Origin: Candidatus Gastranaerophilales bacterium
GTDB lineage: Bacteria; Cyanobacteriota; Vampirovibrionia; Gastranaerophilales; Gastranaerophilaceae
DNA: 64,000 nt
NCBI GenBank assembly: GCA_028693235.1
Contig: JAQUVW010000003.1
Coordinates: 182,069 to 246,068 of the forward strand
Reading direction: 5' to 3'
Part shown: piece by piece, positions 38,362 to 46,739 of the stretch
How the letters are laid out: each line of letters opens with the position of its first letter
Numbering within the stretch: position 1 is the first letter of the stretch
Notes under the pieces: model-generated
What the model saw: only the letters and a program-made list of their open reading frames with translations
Told to the model about the DNA's origin: nothing
The model's database searches: none
Made by a program: the position numbers and the translations under genes

Positions 38362-39354
38362 ATGAGGTTTTTAGTGAATAGTAACGGCCAAAACGAAATC
38401 ATAATTTATCAAGCTAAAAACGGCAAAACTCAAATTGATGTAAAACTTCAAGATGAGACAGTTTGGCTTACGCAAAAACAAATGGCTGAATTGTTTGATA
38501 AAAATGTAAGAACCGTAAACGAACACATTAATAATATTTTTAAAGAAGGTGAATTGAATAAAATTGCAGTTATCCGGAATTTCCGGATAACTGCAATTGA
38601 CGGCAAACAGTACGATACAAACTTCTATAATCTTGATGTGATTATTTCTGTCGGCTATAGAGTAAAGTCTTTGAGAGGTACGCAATTCCGTATTTGGGCG
38701 AACAGTATTTTGAAAGATTATTTAGTTAAAGGCTACGCTGTTAATGAAAAAGTTTTACAAACTCAAAGAGAAAAAATTACGGCTTTGCAAACTTCGATAA
38801 ATTTGCTTTCAAGAAGTTTGACTAATCAAATTGAAACAGTTGATGCGGCTCAACAGGTTGCAATTATTTTGGATAAATTTGCAAAAGGGCTTGATTTGCT
38901 TGATAATTTTGACCACAAAACACTTGATACTAAAGGCGAAACAAAACGTGAAGCAATTAGAATTTCAACAAAAGAATTTTTGTCTGTTGTAAATAAAATG
39001 AAATCAGAATTTGCGTCTGATGTTTTTGCAAACCCTAAAGACGATAGTTTTGATAGTTCTGTTAATCAGATTTACCAAACTTTTGACGGCACAGAACTTT
39101 ATCCGACTTTGGAAGAAAAAGCTTCTATGTTGTTGTATTTGATAACAAAAAATCATTCATTTTCTGACGGCAACAAACGTATCGCTGCAAGTTGTTTCTT
39201 GTATTTTTTGGATAAAAATGACATTCTGTATAAAAATAATTTGCCAACGATTGATAATGCAACCCTATTTGCATTGACGATTTTAATTGCCGAAAGTAAT
39301 CCTACAGAAATGGAAACAATGAAACAAATTGTTGTTAGTGTGTTGAATGGATAA
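38362..39354 (+). CDS. RhuM-family N-terminal domain fused to a Fic/Doc-type domain
   Basis: N-term IIIYQAKNGKTQIDVKLQDETVWLTQKQMAELFDKNVRTVNEHINNIF (RhuM pattern); C-term HSFSDGNKRIAA matches the Doc-type motif HxFx(D/N)(A/G)NKR. Confidence 0.7.
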   Translation: MRFLVNSNGQNEIIIYQAKNGKTQIDVKLQDETVWLTQKQMAELFDKNVRTVNEHINNIFKEGELNKIAVIRNFRITAIDGKQYDTNFYNLDVIISVGYRVKSLRGTQFRIWANSILKDYLVKGYAVNEKVLQTQREKITALQTSINLLSRSLTNQIETVDAAQQVAIILDKFAKGLDLLDNFDHKTLDTKGETKREAIRISTKEFLSVVNKMKSEFASDVFANPKDDSFDSSVNQIYQTFDGTELYPTLEEKASMLLYLITKNHSFSDGNKRIAASCFLYFLDKNDILYKNNLPTIDNATLFALTILIAESNPTEMETMKQIVVSVLNG

Positions 39355-39362
39355 AGATAAAC

Positions 39363-39611
39363 TTATTTATAAGTTTCTAATTTTTTACCTGTTTTTGAAT
39401 ACTTTGTAACAGTTCCATTCGAAGATTTTTTATAGACGAATTCAGTTTGTCCTTTTTTATTGTACTGAACAGTTTTTCCATTTGAATAAGTTTTTGTATA
39501 ACCGGTTGTTTGACCTTTTGAATTCTTGATATATTTTTTTGTTGTCGTACTTGCAAAAGCTGTTGATACAAATATTGTACAAATTAATGTTAATAGCAAA
39601 ATCTTTTTCAT
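39363..39611 (-). CDS. Small secreted Lys/Thr/Gly-repeat protein (82 aa)
   Basis: ATG 39611 with aaagga RBS; signal peptide MKKILLLTLICTIFVSTAFA; repeated K-x-G-x-T units. Confidence 0.45.
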   Translation of the reverse strand: MKKILLLTLICTIFVSTAFASTTTKKYIKNSKGQTTGYTKTYSNGKTVQYNKKGQTEFVYKKSSNGTVTKYSKTGKKLETYK

Positions 39612-39624
39612 AATGTTTATTCCT

Positions 39625-40137
39625 TTATTCAATGCAAATATTTTTTACATAATTATAAAATGTGTCAACAATTTCTTTTAAAATTAGCTCTGAAGATATT
39701 TCTTCGGATAATACAAATTCTTCGTTATAGCCTGATGTATTTAAAAATAATACGGATACCCCCATAGTATCATTCAATGTATTTATAGAATATTGAAATA
39801 AAATTTCATGAATTTCACATTTTTCATCAATATTATTAAGAGTAAGTAAAATTGTAATTGTGTTATTTCCAATATCATTTTCTTGTTGTTCTATGTTTAA
39901 TTTAATATTTTCAGGTAGTTCAATTTCTTCTTTCCATTTTTTCAATTTTAGAAAGGCATTTTTAATTGATGTTTTAAATAATTCAATATTAGTACTCTTT
40001 TTGGATAAGTTTTCAAATTCACTATGAGTCTTTTTATAATTAAAAAATATATCAGAAATTTTATTATGCCCATTTAATGATTTTAAATCTTTAAATGTAT
40101 TAATCATTTTTTCTTTTAGTTCATTCGTTTTTATCAT
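39625..40137 (-). CDS. Hypothetical cytoplasmic protein (170 aa)
   Basis: Clean ORF immediately upstream of the small secreted protein gene; no recognisable motif. Confidence 0.45.
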   Translation of the reverse strand: MIKTNELKEKMINTFKDLKSLNGHNKISDIFFNYKKTHSEFENLSKKSTNIELFKTSIKNAFLKLKKWKEEIELPENIKLNIEQQENDIGNNTITILLTLNNIDEKCEIHEILFQYSINTLNDTMGVSVLFLNTSGYNEEFVLSEEISSELILKEIVDTFYNYVKNICIE

Positions 40138-40213
40138 TTTTATTTTCCTTTTTCTTTTATTTACAAGTAATTATTATATGAAAGATTTTTCTAGTTAGGT
40201 ATTAGATAGGTGG

Positions 40214-40984
40214 TTAGTTAATTTCTAAACCTAAAATTTCAGTTATATATTTATTGATATAATATTTTGGGGTATTAGGTTTAATACTACGAAGATAATC
40301 TTTTACAATTATCATTTTATAATCATTTATCGACAATTTATAATCAATATTCAACTGTTCAAAAAAAGGCTCATAATCTTCTTCTGTAATCAGTTTTTTC
40401 TTTATAGCACTAAGTAAATCGTTCACGATTAATTTCTTTGTACATTTATACATCTTTTCAGAAATTTGAATCAAATTTTTTGAAATTAAACATATAAAAT
40501 CCTCAAACGAGTCTGCATTAATTACTTGATAATTTAAGTGTGCAGATAAATTTCTTTTATCAAATATTGCTTGATTATTTTTACATAGTGTAGAAGTTTT
40601 ATCAAAGCCAAGTATATGAAAAAAGCAATTTATAGCTGATTTTTCTTTGTTTTTAAATGTATAAATATCAATTTTCTCATCTCTTTTGATTTCGATTTTT
40701 TGACCATCACTAGAATTCAAACAGGATTCCGTTAATTGTAAATAATTTAATAGTTCTAAATGTTTTGAATCACAATTATACAATCTAACAAGAAAATAAT
40801 GTAAAACATAATTGTAAAAATGTGCTAAATTAATTACTGCATCATTATAAAAATCGGCTTCTTTTACAACTAATAGATTAGTAAACATTCTGAGAAAAAA
40901 GTCGTTTGACATTATTATTGGTAAATAATCTTTTAACTCATACAGTTCTTCTTCCAAATCAATTATTGTTTTCACAGGTATCAC
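40214..40984 (-). CDS. HEPN-like (Rx4H; Abi_2/DUF4145-like) protein coupled to the R-M operon
   Basis: Motif KRNLSAH (R-x4-H) mid-protein in a helical context; the start overlaps the end of the hsdM-S gene by 26 nt. Confidence 0.45.
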   Translation of the reverse strand: MIPVKTIIDLEEELYELKDYLPIIMSNDFFLRMFTNLLVVKEADFYNDAVINLAHFYNYVLHYFLVRLYNCDSKHLELLNYLQLTESCLNSSDGQKIEIKRDEKIDIYTFKNKEKSAINCFFHILGFDKTSTLCKNNQAIFDKRNLSAHLNYQVINADSFEDFICLISKNLIQISEKMYKCTKKLIVNDLLSAIKKKLITEEDYEPFFEQLNIDYKLSINDYKMIIVKDYLRSIKPNTPKYYINKYITEILGLEIN

Positions 40985-43418
40985 CCCAGATGGATTGGAT
41001 TTTGGTGTTGATTTTGGCTTGATGAAGTTTGATTAATTTTTTACATTCTTCAACAGCTGTTTCTTCTTCTTCGATTTTGGCTACGATTTCTTGTTGTTCT
41101 TCGAGAGCAATTAACGGAATTTCCAAATCGGAAATATAGCCTTTATTTAAATTTTGCTGTCTTGCCCCAGCTCTATGTAGCATATAATCTTCACGTTTTG
41201 ATGAAAAATAAAGATACAAAAAATACATATTGATTTTCGTATTAGGTTTTACTCCTGAAATTGCCTGATTAAAAGCCCCATCCCTGTCTAATATTGACAT
41301 TTTGAATGCCGCTGTATCATACATTCCAATTAATAAAGAACCTTTAGGGAAAAGCTTTGCATTTGAGTCTTTTAATCCCAAATTAGTTATCTTATCAACA
41401 GAATCCGTAGTGTAAGAATTGTTTAACTCTCCAGATGAATACCAAGGAATACTTCCATTATACCAGTATTCATTATTGCTTCTCGAAGGTGTACCACCTG
41501 ATTGGATATCACATATATCGCCAAGTTTAACTTTTCTCCAATTTGGATTAATTGGAAGAGTTGGTTTCCAATTATCGACTACTTTTTGAGCTCCGTCGAT
41601 TACGGCTTGATATCCGTCCAATTCCTTAACTATTTCTTCTTGAACCTCTAATGGTGGAAGTGGAATTTGAATGAGTGCGACTTCCTTGTTCATTAATTTC
41701 GGATTTCCTAATTTTACAACATAATTTTTTGCAACAACATTTAACACTCTTGCTACATAAGTCATATTTAAATTTTTAGGATTTATCGCTTTTAATGTTC
41801 CACATACATTTGTACAATTGAATTTCCCACTACGACTAAATACAGTTCCTGCATTAGCTCCATCCGTTGTCCATGTCGCATAATCACCTTCAAAATCAAA
41901 AGTGTTAATATATCCGAGCACTCCATTATCTGCTGTTTGAGAGGAATATACAGGATAAGTTCCTTTATTGTTTTCAATATCTTTTTTGCTAATTACTCTT
42001 CCTCTTCCCAATAAGCATATTTTATCTATTCTTACCATATCCCATTTACAATTTGAGTAGTCTTTTGTTTCTTTATAGCGGGAGGCAGTTAGATTATATT
42101 CACCATTTTCTGACAGCTTTGATTTTTCTACGATTGTTGCTAAAGGGTTCTTGTTTATTGATTGGATTGCTTCGCTATCGCTCGCAATGGCACTATTTTG
42201 CCATTGTTGGATTAATTCTGTTGCTTTAGGTAAGTCGTTTTTGTCGATTTCTCTGCGTTGAGCACCTAAATCATATCCGTCATTTTTAATTTCTACAAAT
42301 AAAATTTTATCCGTCTTTTTAGCAAGTTGTCTATCTAGTAGCAAAATTGATGTTTTAACACCTGAATACGGTTGAAAAATACCACTTGGCAAACTTACAA
42401 CGGCATACAAATAATTTTCATCAACAAGTTTTTTTCTTAAATTTTTGTAGGCATTTGCTGATTGAAAAACTATTCCTTCTGGCACAATTATTCCTGCTCG
42501 ACCTGTAGAATTAAGATGTTCCATAATATAATCGACAAACAAAACTTCCGAACGGTTTGCTTTTATTCCAAATTTATTGTGTGGCTTAATCCCTCCTTTT
42601 GGAGTCATAAATGGAGGGTTTGCGAAAATCACATCAAAATAATTATCCCATTTTGTTTGGTTTGTCAAAGTATCGTATTCATAAATTTTAGGTTGTTTGA
42701 ATTTATGCAAATACATATTTACAAGTGCAAGTTTTACCATATCAGGAGAAATATCATAACCTTGAATATTTTCTGTCAAAGTTTTTAGTTCTGTTGGATT
42801 CAAAGGTATATTTGTATTTTCTGAAGTTTTTAAAATATGCTTATACGCTGAAATCAAGAATCCTGATGTACCACAAGCCGGATCTAAAATTGTATCATCT
42901 TTTGTTGGATTAACCACATCTACTATAAAATCAATGATATGTCTTGGAGTTCTAAACTGCCCCGCATCACCTTGAGAGCCCATTATCGAAAGTAAATATT
43001 CAAATCCGTTACCCAAATTTTCGCTATTATTATAATCCAAATCATTGATTTCTTTTAAAAACAAAGTAAGAGTTTGACCGTCACGAAAAGGCAAGTATGC
43101 ACCTTTGAAAATGTTTCTGAAAAGTTCGGGGATTTGTTTTGCAAGTGGCAATTTTTCAAGTGCTTCTGTGTATAAATTCATTCGTGCTTCATTGCCTAGC
43201 TGTTTTGACATAAGTTTTGACCAAGCATATTCATTCAAGTCGTCAGTAAAAAATTCACGTTCGCCACCAAATTCAACCGTTTCTAAGTCCATATCGTCCA
43301 TGAACTTATAAATCATTGCAATCGTAATTTGCTCAATCTGAGCTTGTGGATTAGGGATTTTTCCAACCAAAACATCTCTTGCGTTATCTATCGTTCTTTT
43401 TATATCTTTTGTTAACAT
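40959..43418 (-). CDS. Type I R-M methyltransferase fused to a complete two-TRD specificity subunit (HsdM-HsdS fusion)
   Basis: N-half: DPACGTSGFL (SAM motif I), FANPPF (motif IV); C-half: two target-recognition-like halves, each followed by a conserved helix (LPPLEVQEEIVKELD..., IPLIALEEQQEIVAKIEEEE...) in one uninterrupted 819-aa ORF. Confidence 0.8.
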   Translation of the reverse strand: MLTKDIKRTIDNARDVLVGKIPNPQAQIEQITIAMIYKFMDDMDLETVEFGGEREFFTDDLNEYAWSKLMSKQLGNEARMNLYTEALEKLPLAKQIPELFRNIFKGAYLPFRDGQTLTLFLKEINDLDYNNSENLGNGFEYLLSIMGSQGDAGQFRTPRHIIDFIVDVVNPTKDDTILDPACGTSGFLISAYKHILKTSENTNIPLNPTELKTLTENIQGYDISPDMVKLALVNMYLHKFKQPKIYEYDTLTNQTKWDNYFDVIFANPPFMTPKGGIKPHNKFGIKANRSEVLFVDYIMEHLNSTGRAGIIVPEGIVFQSANAYKNLRKKLVDENYLYAVVSLPSGIFQPYSGVKTSILLLDRQLAKKTDKILFVEIKNDGYDLGAQRREIDKNDLPKATELIQQWQNSAIASDSEAIQSINKNPLATIVEKSKLSENGEYNLTASRYKETKDYSNCKWDMVRIDKICLLGRGRVISKKDIENNKGTYPVYSSQTADNGVLGYINTFDFEGDYATWTTDGANAGTVFSRSGKFNCTNVCGTLKAINPKNLNMTYVARVLNVVAKNYVVKLGNPKLMNKEVALIQIPLPPLEVQEEIVKELDGYQAVIDGAQKVVDNWKPTLPINPNWRKVKLGDICDIQSGGTPSRSNNEYWYNGSIPWYSSGELNNSYTTDSVDKITNLGLKDSNAKLFPKGSLLIGMYDTAAFKMSILDRDGAFNQAISGVKPNTKINMYFLYLYFSSKREDYMLHRAGARQQNLNKGYISDLEIPLIALEEQQEIVAKIEEEETAVEECKKLIKLHQAKINTKIQSIWGDTCENNN

Positions 43419-43451
43419 ATTCAGTTATTCCTTTCGCCTCTAGTGATGAGG

Positions 43452-45932
43452 TTACATATATTTATTTAGAACGATATTATCTTTAATGTATTCAGGCAAA
43501 GTCGCTCTAAAACCGTTCAAATGTTTATAATCTTCCATCGTGAAGCCTGCGTAAAAATTCAACTCTTGAAACTTTTTGCATTCAATAATATTTCTAAATT
43601 GTCCGTCAGTTGCGTACGCTTTTATAAAATTTTTGATATAGGGAACATATTCAGACTCAGGTTTGTAAATAGAAATGTACTTGTCACATTCATCTTCAAG
43701 CAATTCATCTTGGTTCTTAAATTTATTAATAAGTCCAAAAGCACGTTGCAAAACTTCTATCCAAGAAAGTCGTCTGTCAAGATTCTCTGATTTTCTCAAC
43801 TTATCCAAAGTAACAAATAAATTTGGTTTGTTTTCGTATTTTTCTTTTACAATATGTTCTGCTTGTTGCCAATCTTCATTATTTACAGCCGTTTTAATAT
43901 CCTCATCTTGTGTAAATGTTTCTTTTGCTTGTTGGAATAATTCTCTATCAATTTTCATTCCATCAAGTCCGATAGATATTTCCTTTAATTCTTTTAATTT
44001 ATCTGGGTCAAATATTTCAAGAGTTTCTAATGGAGGTTTTCCACCACCTGTTCCACCTTCGCCACTTCTTTCTCTTGGAAGTTTTAATTCTTCATCATAA
44101 TTGAATTCGTGTTCAAAATATTCACAATTTGCGAAGAAATCAAAGAGTTTAAAATATTCTTTTTCTTTGTATTCAGTCGGTTTTGTTGTAGGGTATTTAA
44201 AAGTGTTTTTTCTTGTACCACGACCTTTTATCTGAACAAAATCGGTAGGTGAGAAAATTGGACGCATTAATGCTAAGTTTAAAATATTTTGGCAATCATA
44301 GCCTGTTGTCATCATTCCGACAGTTACACAAATTCTTGTTTTTGAGGATTTATAATCATCTAAAAATCTTGAGTTTCCGTTTAAATTATCATTAGAAAAA
44401 TATGTTGTCATATCTTGAGCTGTAGGCACACAAGATGTAACTTGAACTGCAAAATCAGAGTTATACTTACCTTCCCAGATTTTGTGCGCCATTTGATTTA
44501 ATATTTGTGTAATTTTTGCACAATGGTCTTGGCTTACGCAAAATACAATCGTTTTACCAAATTCACCGGAAATAGGGTCTTTTAATCCATTTTCTAATAA
44601 TGTTTTACAGAATTGAATATTTGTATTTTCTGAGAAAAATTTCTTTTCAAAATCTCTTGCAAATACTTGTTGTTCTTCCTCGTCCCCGTCATCAGTAATC
44701 TGTACAACCGAATAACCTTTTTCTGAAAGAATTTCTGTTGTAATTTCAGTTCTGGCGTCAACAACTTTTGGATTGATTAAAAATTTATCTCTAACACCAT
44801 CAAGCAAGCTATATCTAAAAGTTGGTTCACCACTTTCGCAGCCAAAAGTTTTATATGTATCAAGTAAAATTCTTCTTTCCAACGCCTTAGGGTCTTCAAA
44901 TTTTAGTTTTTTAGTATCAACATTTCTTATATAATCTTTTGGTGTTGCAGTTAATCCTAATTTATAGCCGATGAAATATTCAAATACTGCCCTTGAATTT
45001 CCTCCAATGCAACGATGGCTTTCATCAGAAATTACAAGGTCAAAATCGGTTGGAGAAAATATTCTTTTGTACCTATCATCAACTAAAAGGCTTTGAATAG
45101 TAGTAATTACGACTTCTGCTTTTCGCCAATCGTTTCTGACTTCTTTATAAATTACACAAGTATAATCTTTTAAATAATCATCAAAATTCTTTTTAACCTG
45201 TTTTTCAAGTTCGATTCTATCAACCAAAAATAAGACTCTTTTGGCGTTCCCTGTTTTTAAAAATAATTTAATAATACCTGCAGAAGTTAATGTTTTACCG
45301 GTACCTGTTGCCATTTCAAATAGAAATCTGTTATTATCCTCTTTTGCTGATTGCTGTAATGCTTTTATTGCATTGATTTGGTAATCTCTTAAAAGTCTAT
45401 AACCATTATCAAAACAGAATTTCTTGCGTTTTGATTCATCAATATAATCAGGTTCTTTTAGCAAATTCGGATTTTGCATAAGTGCAACATATTCTTTTGT
45501 AATATTTTCAAAATACAAAGTCTTAGTATTGGGCTTGAAACCTGTTCTTTGCTCTAAGGATTCTTGCGTAGGCATTGATGTTATAATTTCAGGATTACCG
45601 ATTTCGATATCCCAAAGATAATGAATATTTCCGTTTGAAAGAATTACAAACCTAATATTTTGACTCATTGCATAAGCTCGTGCTTGGTCTTTTGCAAAAA
45701 GCGGATTTATATCTTCACGTTTTGCTTCTAAAACACAAAGTGGGAAACCTTTAGAATCAAACAATAAATAATCTAAAAGTCCGGTTTTAAACTTATCATC
45801 TCTTTTTATTTTGGTTGAATATTCTAAATCGACATTAGCTCTGCCTTTTTCATCATCAATCAAACGCCACTCAGCATCTTCAAGTAATTTATTAATTTTT
45901 ATTCTTGCTTTAGCCTCAGATTCTGTTTTCAT
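43452..45932 (-). CDS. hsdR: Type I restriction enzyme R subunit
   Basis: N-terminal PD-(D/E)xK (DYLLFDS...VLEAKRE), helicase motif I MATGTGKT, motif II DESH, EcoEI-R-like C-terminal domain; ATG 45932 with aggtg RBS preferred over the track GTG. Confidence 0.88.
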   Translation of the reverse strand: MKTESEAKARIKINKLLEDAEWRLIDDEKGRANVDLEYSTKIKRDDKFKTGLLDYLLFDSKGFPLCVLEAKREDINPLFAKDQARAYAMSQNIRFVILSNGNIHYLWDIEIGNPEIITSMPTQESLEQRTGFKPNTKTLYFENITKEYVALMQNPNLLKEPDYIDESKRKKFCFDNGYRLLRDYQINAIKALQQSAKEDNNRFLFEMATGTGKTLTSAGIIKLFLKTGNAKRVLFLVDRIELEKQVKKNFDDYLKDYTCVIYKEVRNDWRKAEVVITTIQSLLVDDRYKRIFSPTDFDLVISDESHRCIGGNSRAVFEYFIGYKLGLTATPKDYIRNVDTKKLKFEDPKALERRILLDTYKTFGCESGEPTFRYSLLDGVRDKFLINPKVVDARTEITTEILSEKGYSVVQITDDGDEEEQQVFARDFEKKFFSENTNIQFCKTLLENGLKDPISGEFGKTIVFCVSQDHCAKITQILNQMAHKIWEGKYNSDFAVQVTSCVPTAQDMTTYFSNDNLNGNSRFLDDYKSSKTRICVTVGMMTTGYDCQNILNLALMRPIFSPTDFVQIKGRGTRKNTFKYPTTKPTEYKEKEYFKLFDFFANCEYFEHEFNYDEELKLPRERSGEGGTGGGKPPLETLEIFDPDKLKELKEISIGLDGMKIDRELFQQAKETFTQDEDIKTAVNNEDWQQAEHIVKEKYENKPNLFVTLDKLRKSENLDRRLSWIEVLQRAFGLINKFKNQDELLEDECDKYISIYKPESEYVPYIKNFIKAYATDGQFRNIIECKKFQELNFYAGFTMEDYKHLNGFRATLPEYIKDNIVLNKYM

Positions 45933-46017
45933 AAACACCTATTTAGGATTAAGTATAGTTATATGAATATCACAAAAACTAATATTTTAATACCTAATTT
46001 AAAATATGTAAATATTT

Positions 46018-46054
46018 TTGTTTTCAAATTGTTTCGCAACTAAATTGAAAACAA
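46018..46054. promoter_or_regulatory. Palindromic candidate operator between divergent hsdR and merR-family genes
   Basis: ttgttttcaaatt (46018-46030) and aaattgaaaacaa (46042-46054) are 12/13 complementary, 11-nt spacer. Confidence 0.5.
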
Positions 46055-46091
46055 TTTCTGTAGCAAATAACATGCTAGAAAGTGAGGTGAA

Positions 46092-46451
46092 ATGTTAGAT
46101 TTAAATAAACCAATATTAAAAGTAAGCCAAGTTGCAAAAGAAATAAACCTATCTGCTGATAGATTAAGAACTTATGATGAAGAAAAATTGGTTATTCCAT
46201 ATCGTGAAAATAATAATACACGATTATATAGTTATAATGATGTGTATTGGCTAACAAGTTTGAGAAAATTAATAGGGAAAAATAATCTTTCAATATTAGG
46301 TTTTAAAGAAATTTTACGTCTAACATATTCAATATCCGATTCTGATTTTGAAAAATTTGTAAAAAGACAGAAAAAAGATTCTATTTGGCACATTATTGCC
46401 GACATGCGCCAAAATCCTAATTATTTGAAATTGAAAGAGTTTTATAGTTAA
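46092..46451 (+). CDS. MerR-family transcriptional regulator
   Basis: N-terminal winged HTH VSQVAKEINLSADRLRTYDEEKLVIPYRENNNTRLYSYNDVYWL. Confidence 0.75.
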   Translation: MLDLNKPILKVSQVAKEINLSADRLRTYDEEKLVIPYRENNNTRLYSYNDVYWLTSLRKLIGKNNLSILGFKEILRLTYSISDSDFEKFVKRQKKDSIWHIIADMRQNPNYLKLKEFYS

Positions 46452-46617
46452 ATTTTTACTTAAAAACATTTATGAAGCTAAAATAAAAAAACAGGAAAAT
46501 CAAAGGGGCATTAGGGTTTATAAATTATACGATTTAACCTCTGCTGAAGTCAAAATAATCGACAATAACACTAAAATATTCAAAAAATATTTTAATTATG
46601 AAATAGATGAAAAATAA
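46435..46617 (+). pseudogene. Possible 3' remnant of an R-M/BREX-type methyltransferase or specificity gene
   Basis: Start-less open frame ending ...RGIRVYKLYDLTSAEVKIIDNN...*; the (V)Y.LY.LT..E...I motif is a common C-terminus of type IIG/BREX methyltransferase proteins. Confidence 0.3.
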
Positions 46618-46739
46618 AATGATATTTTTTATTAAGAATAACATTATAATAATATCAATATTATTTCTATTACTATTGTACATTTAAAGAAAAATTATTA
46701 TACTAATAATTTATAAAATATTTGTTGTAGAATTTTACT

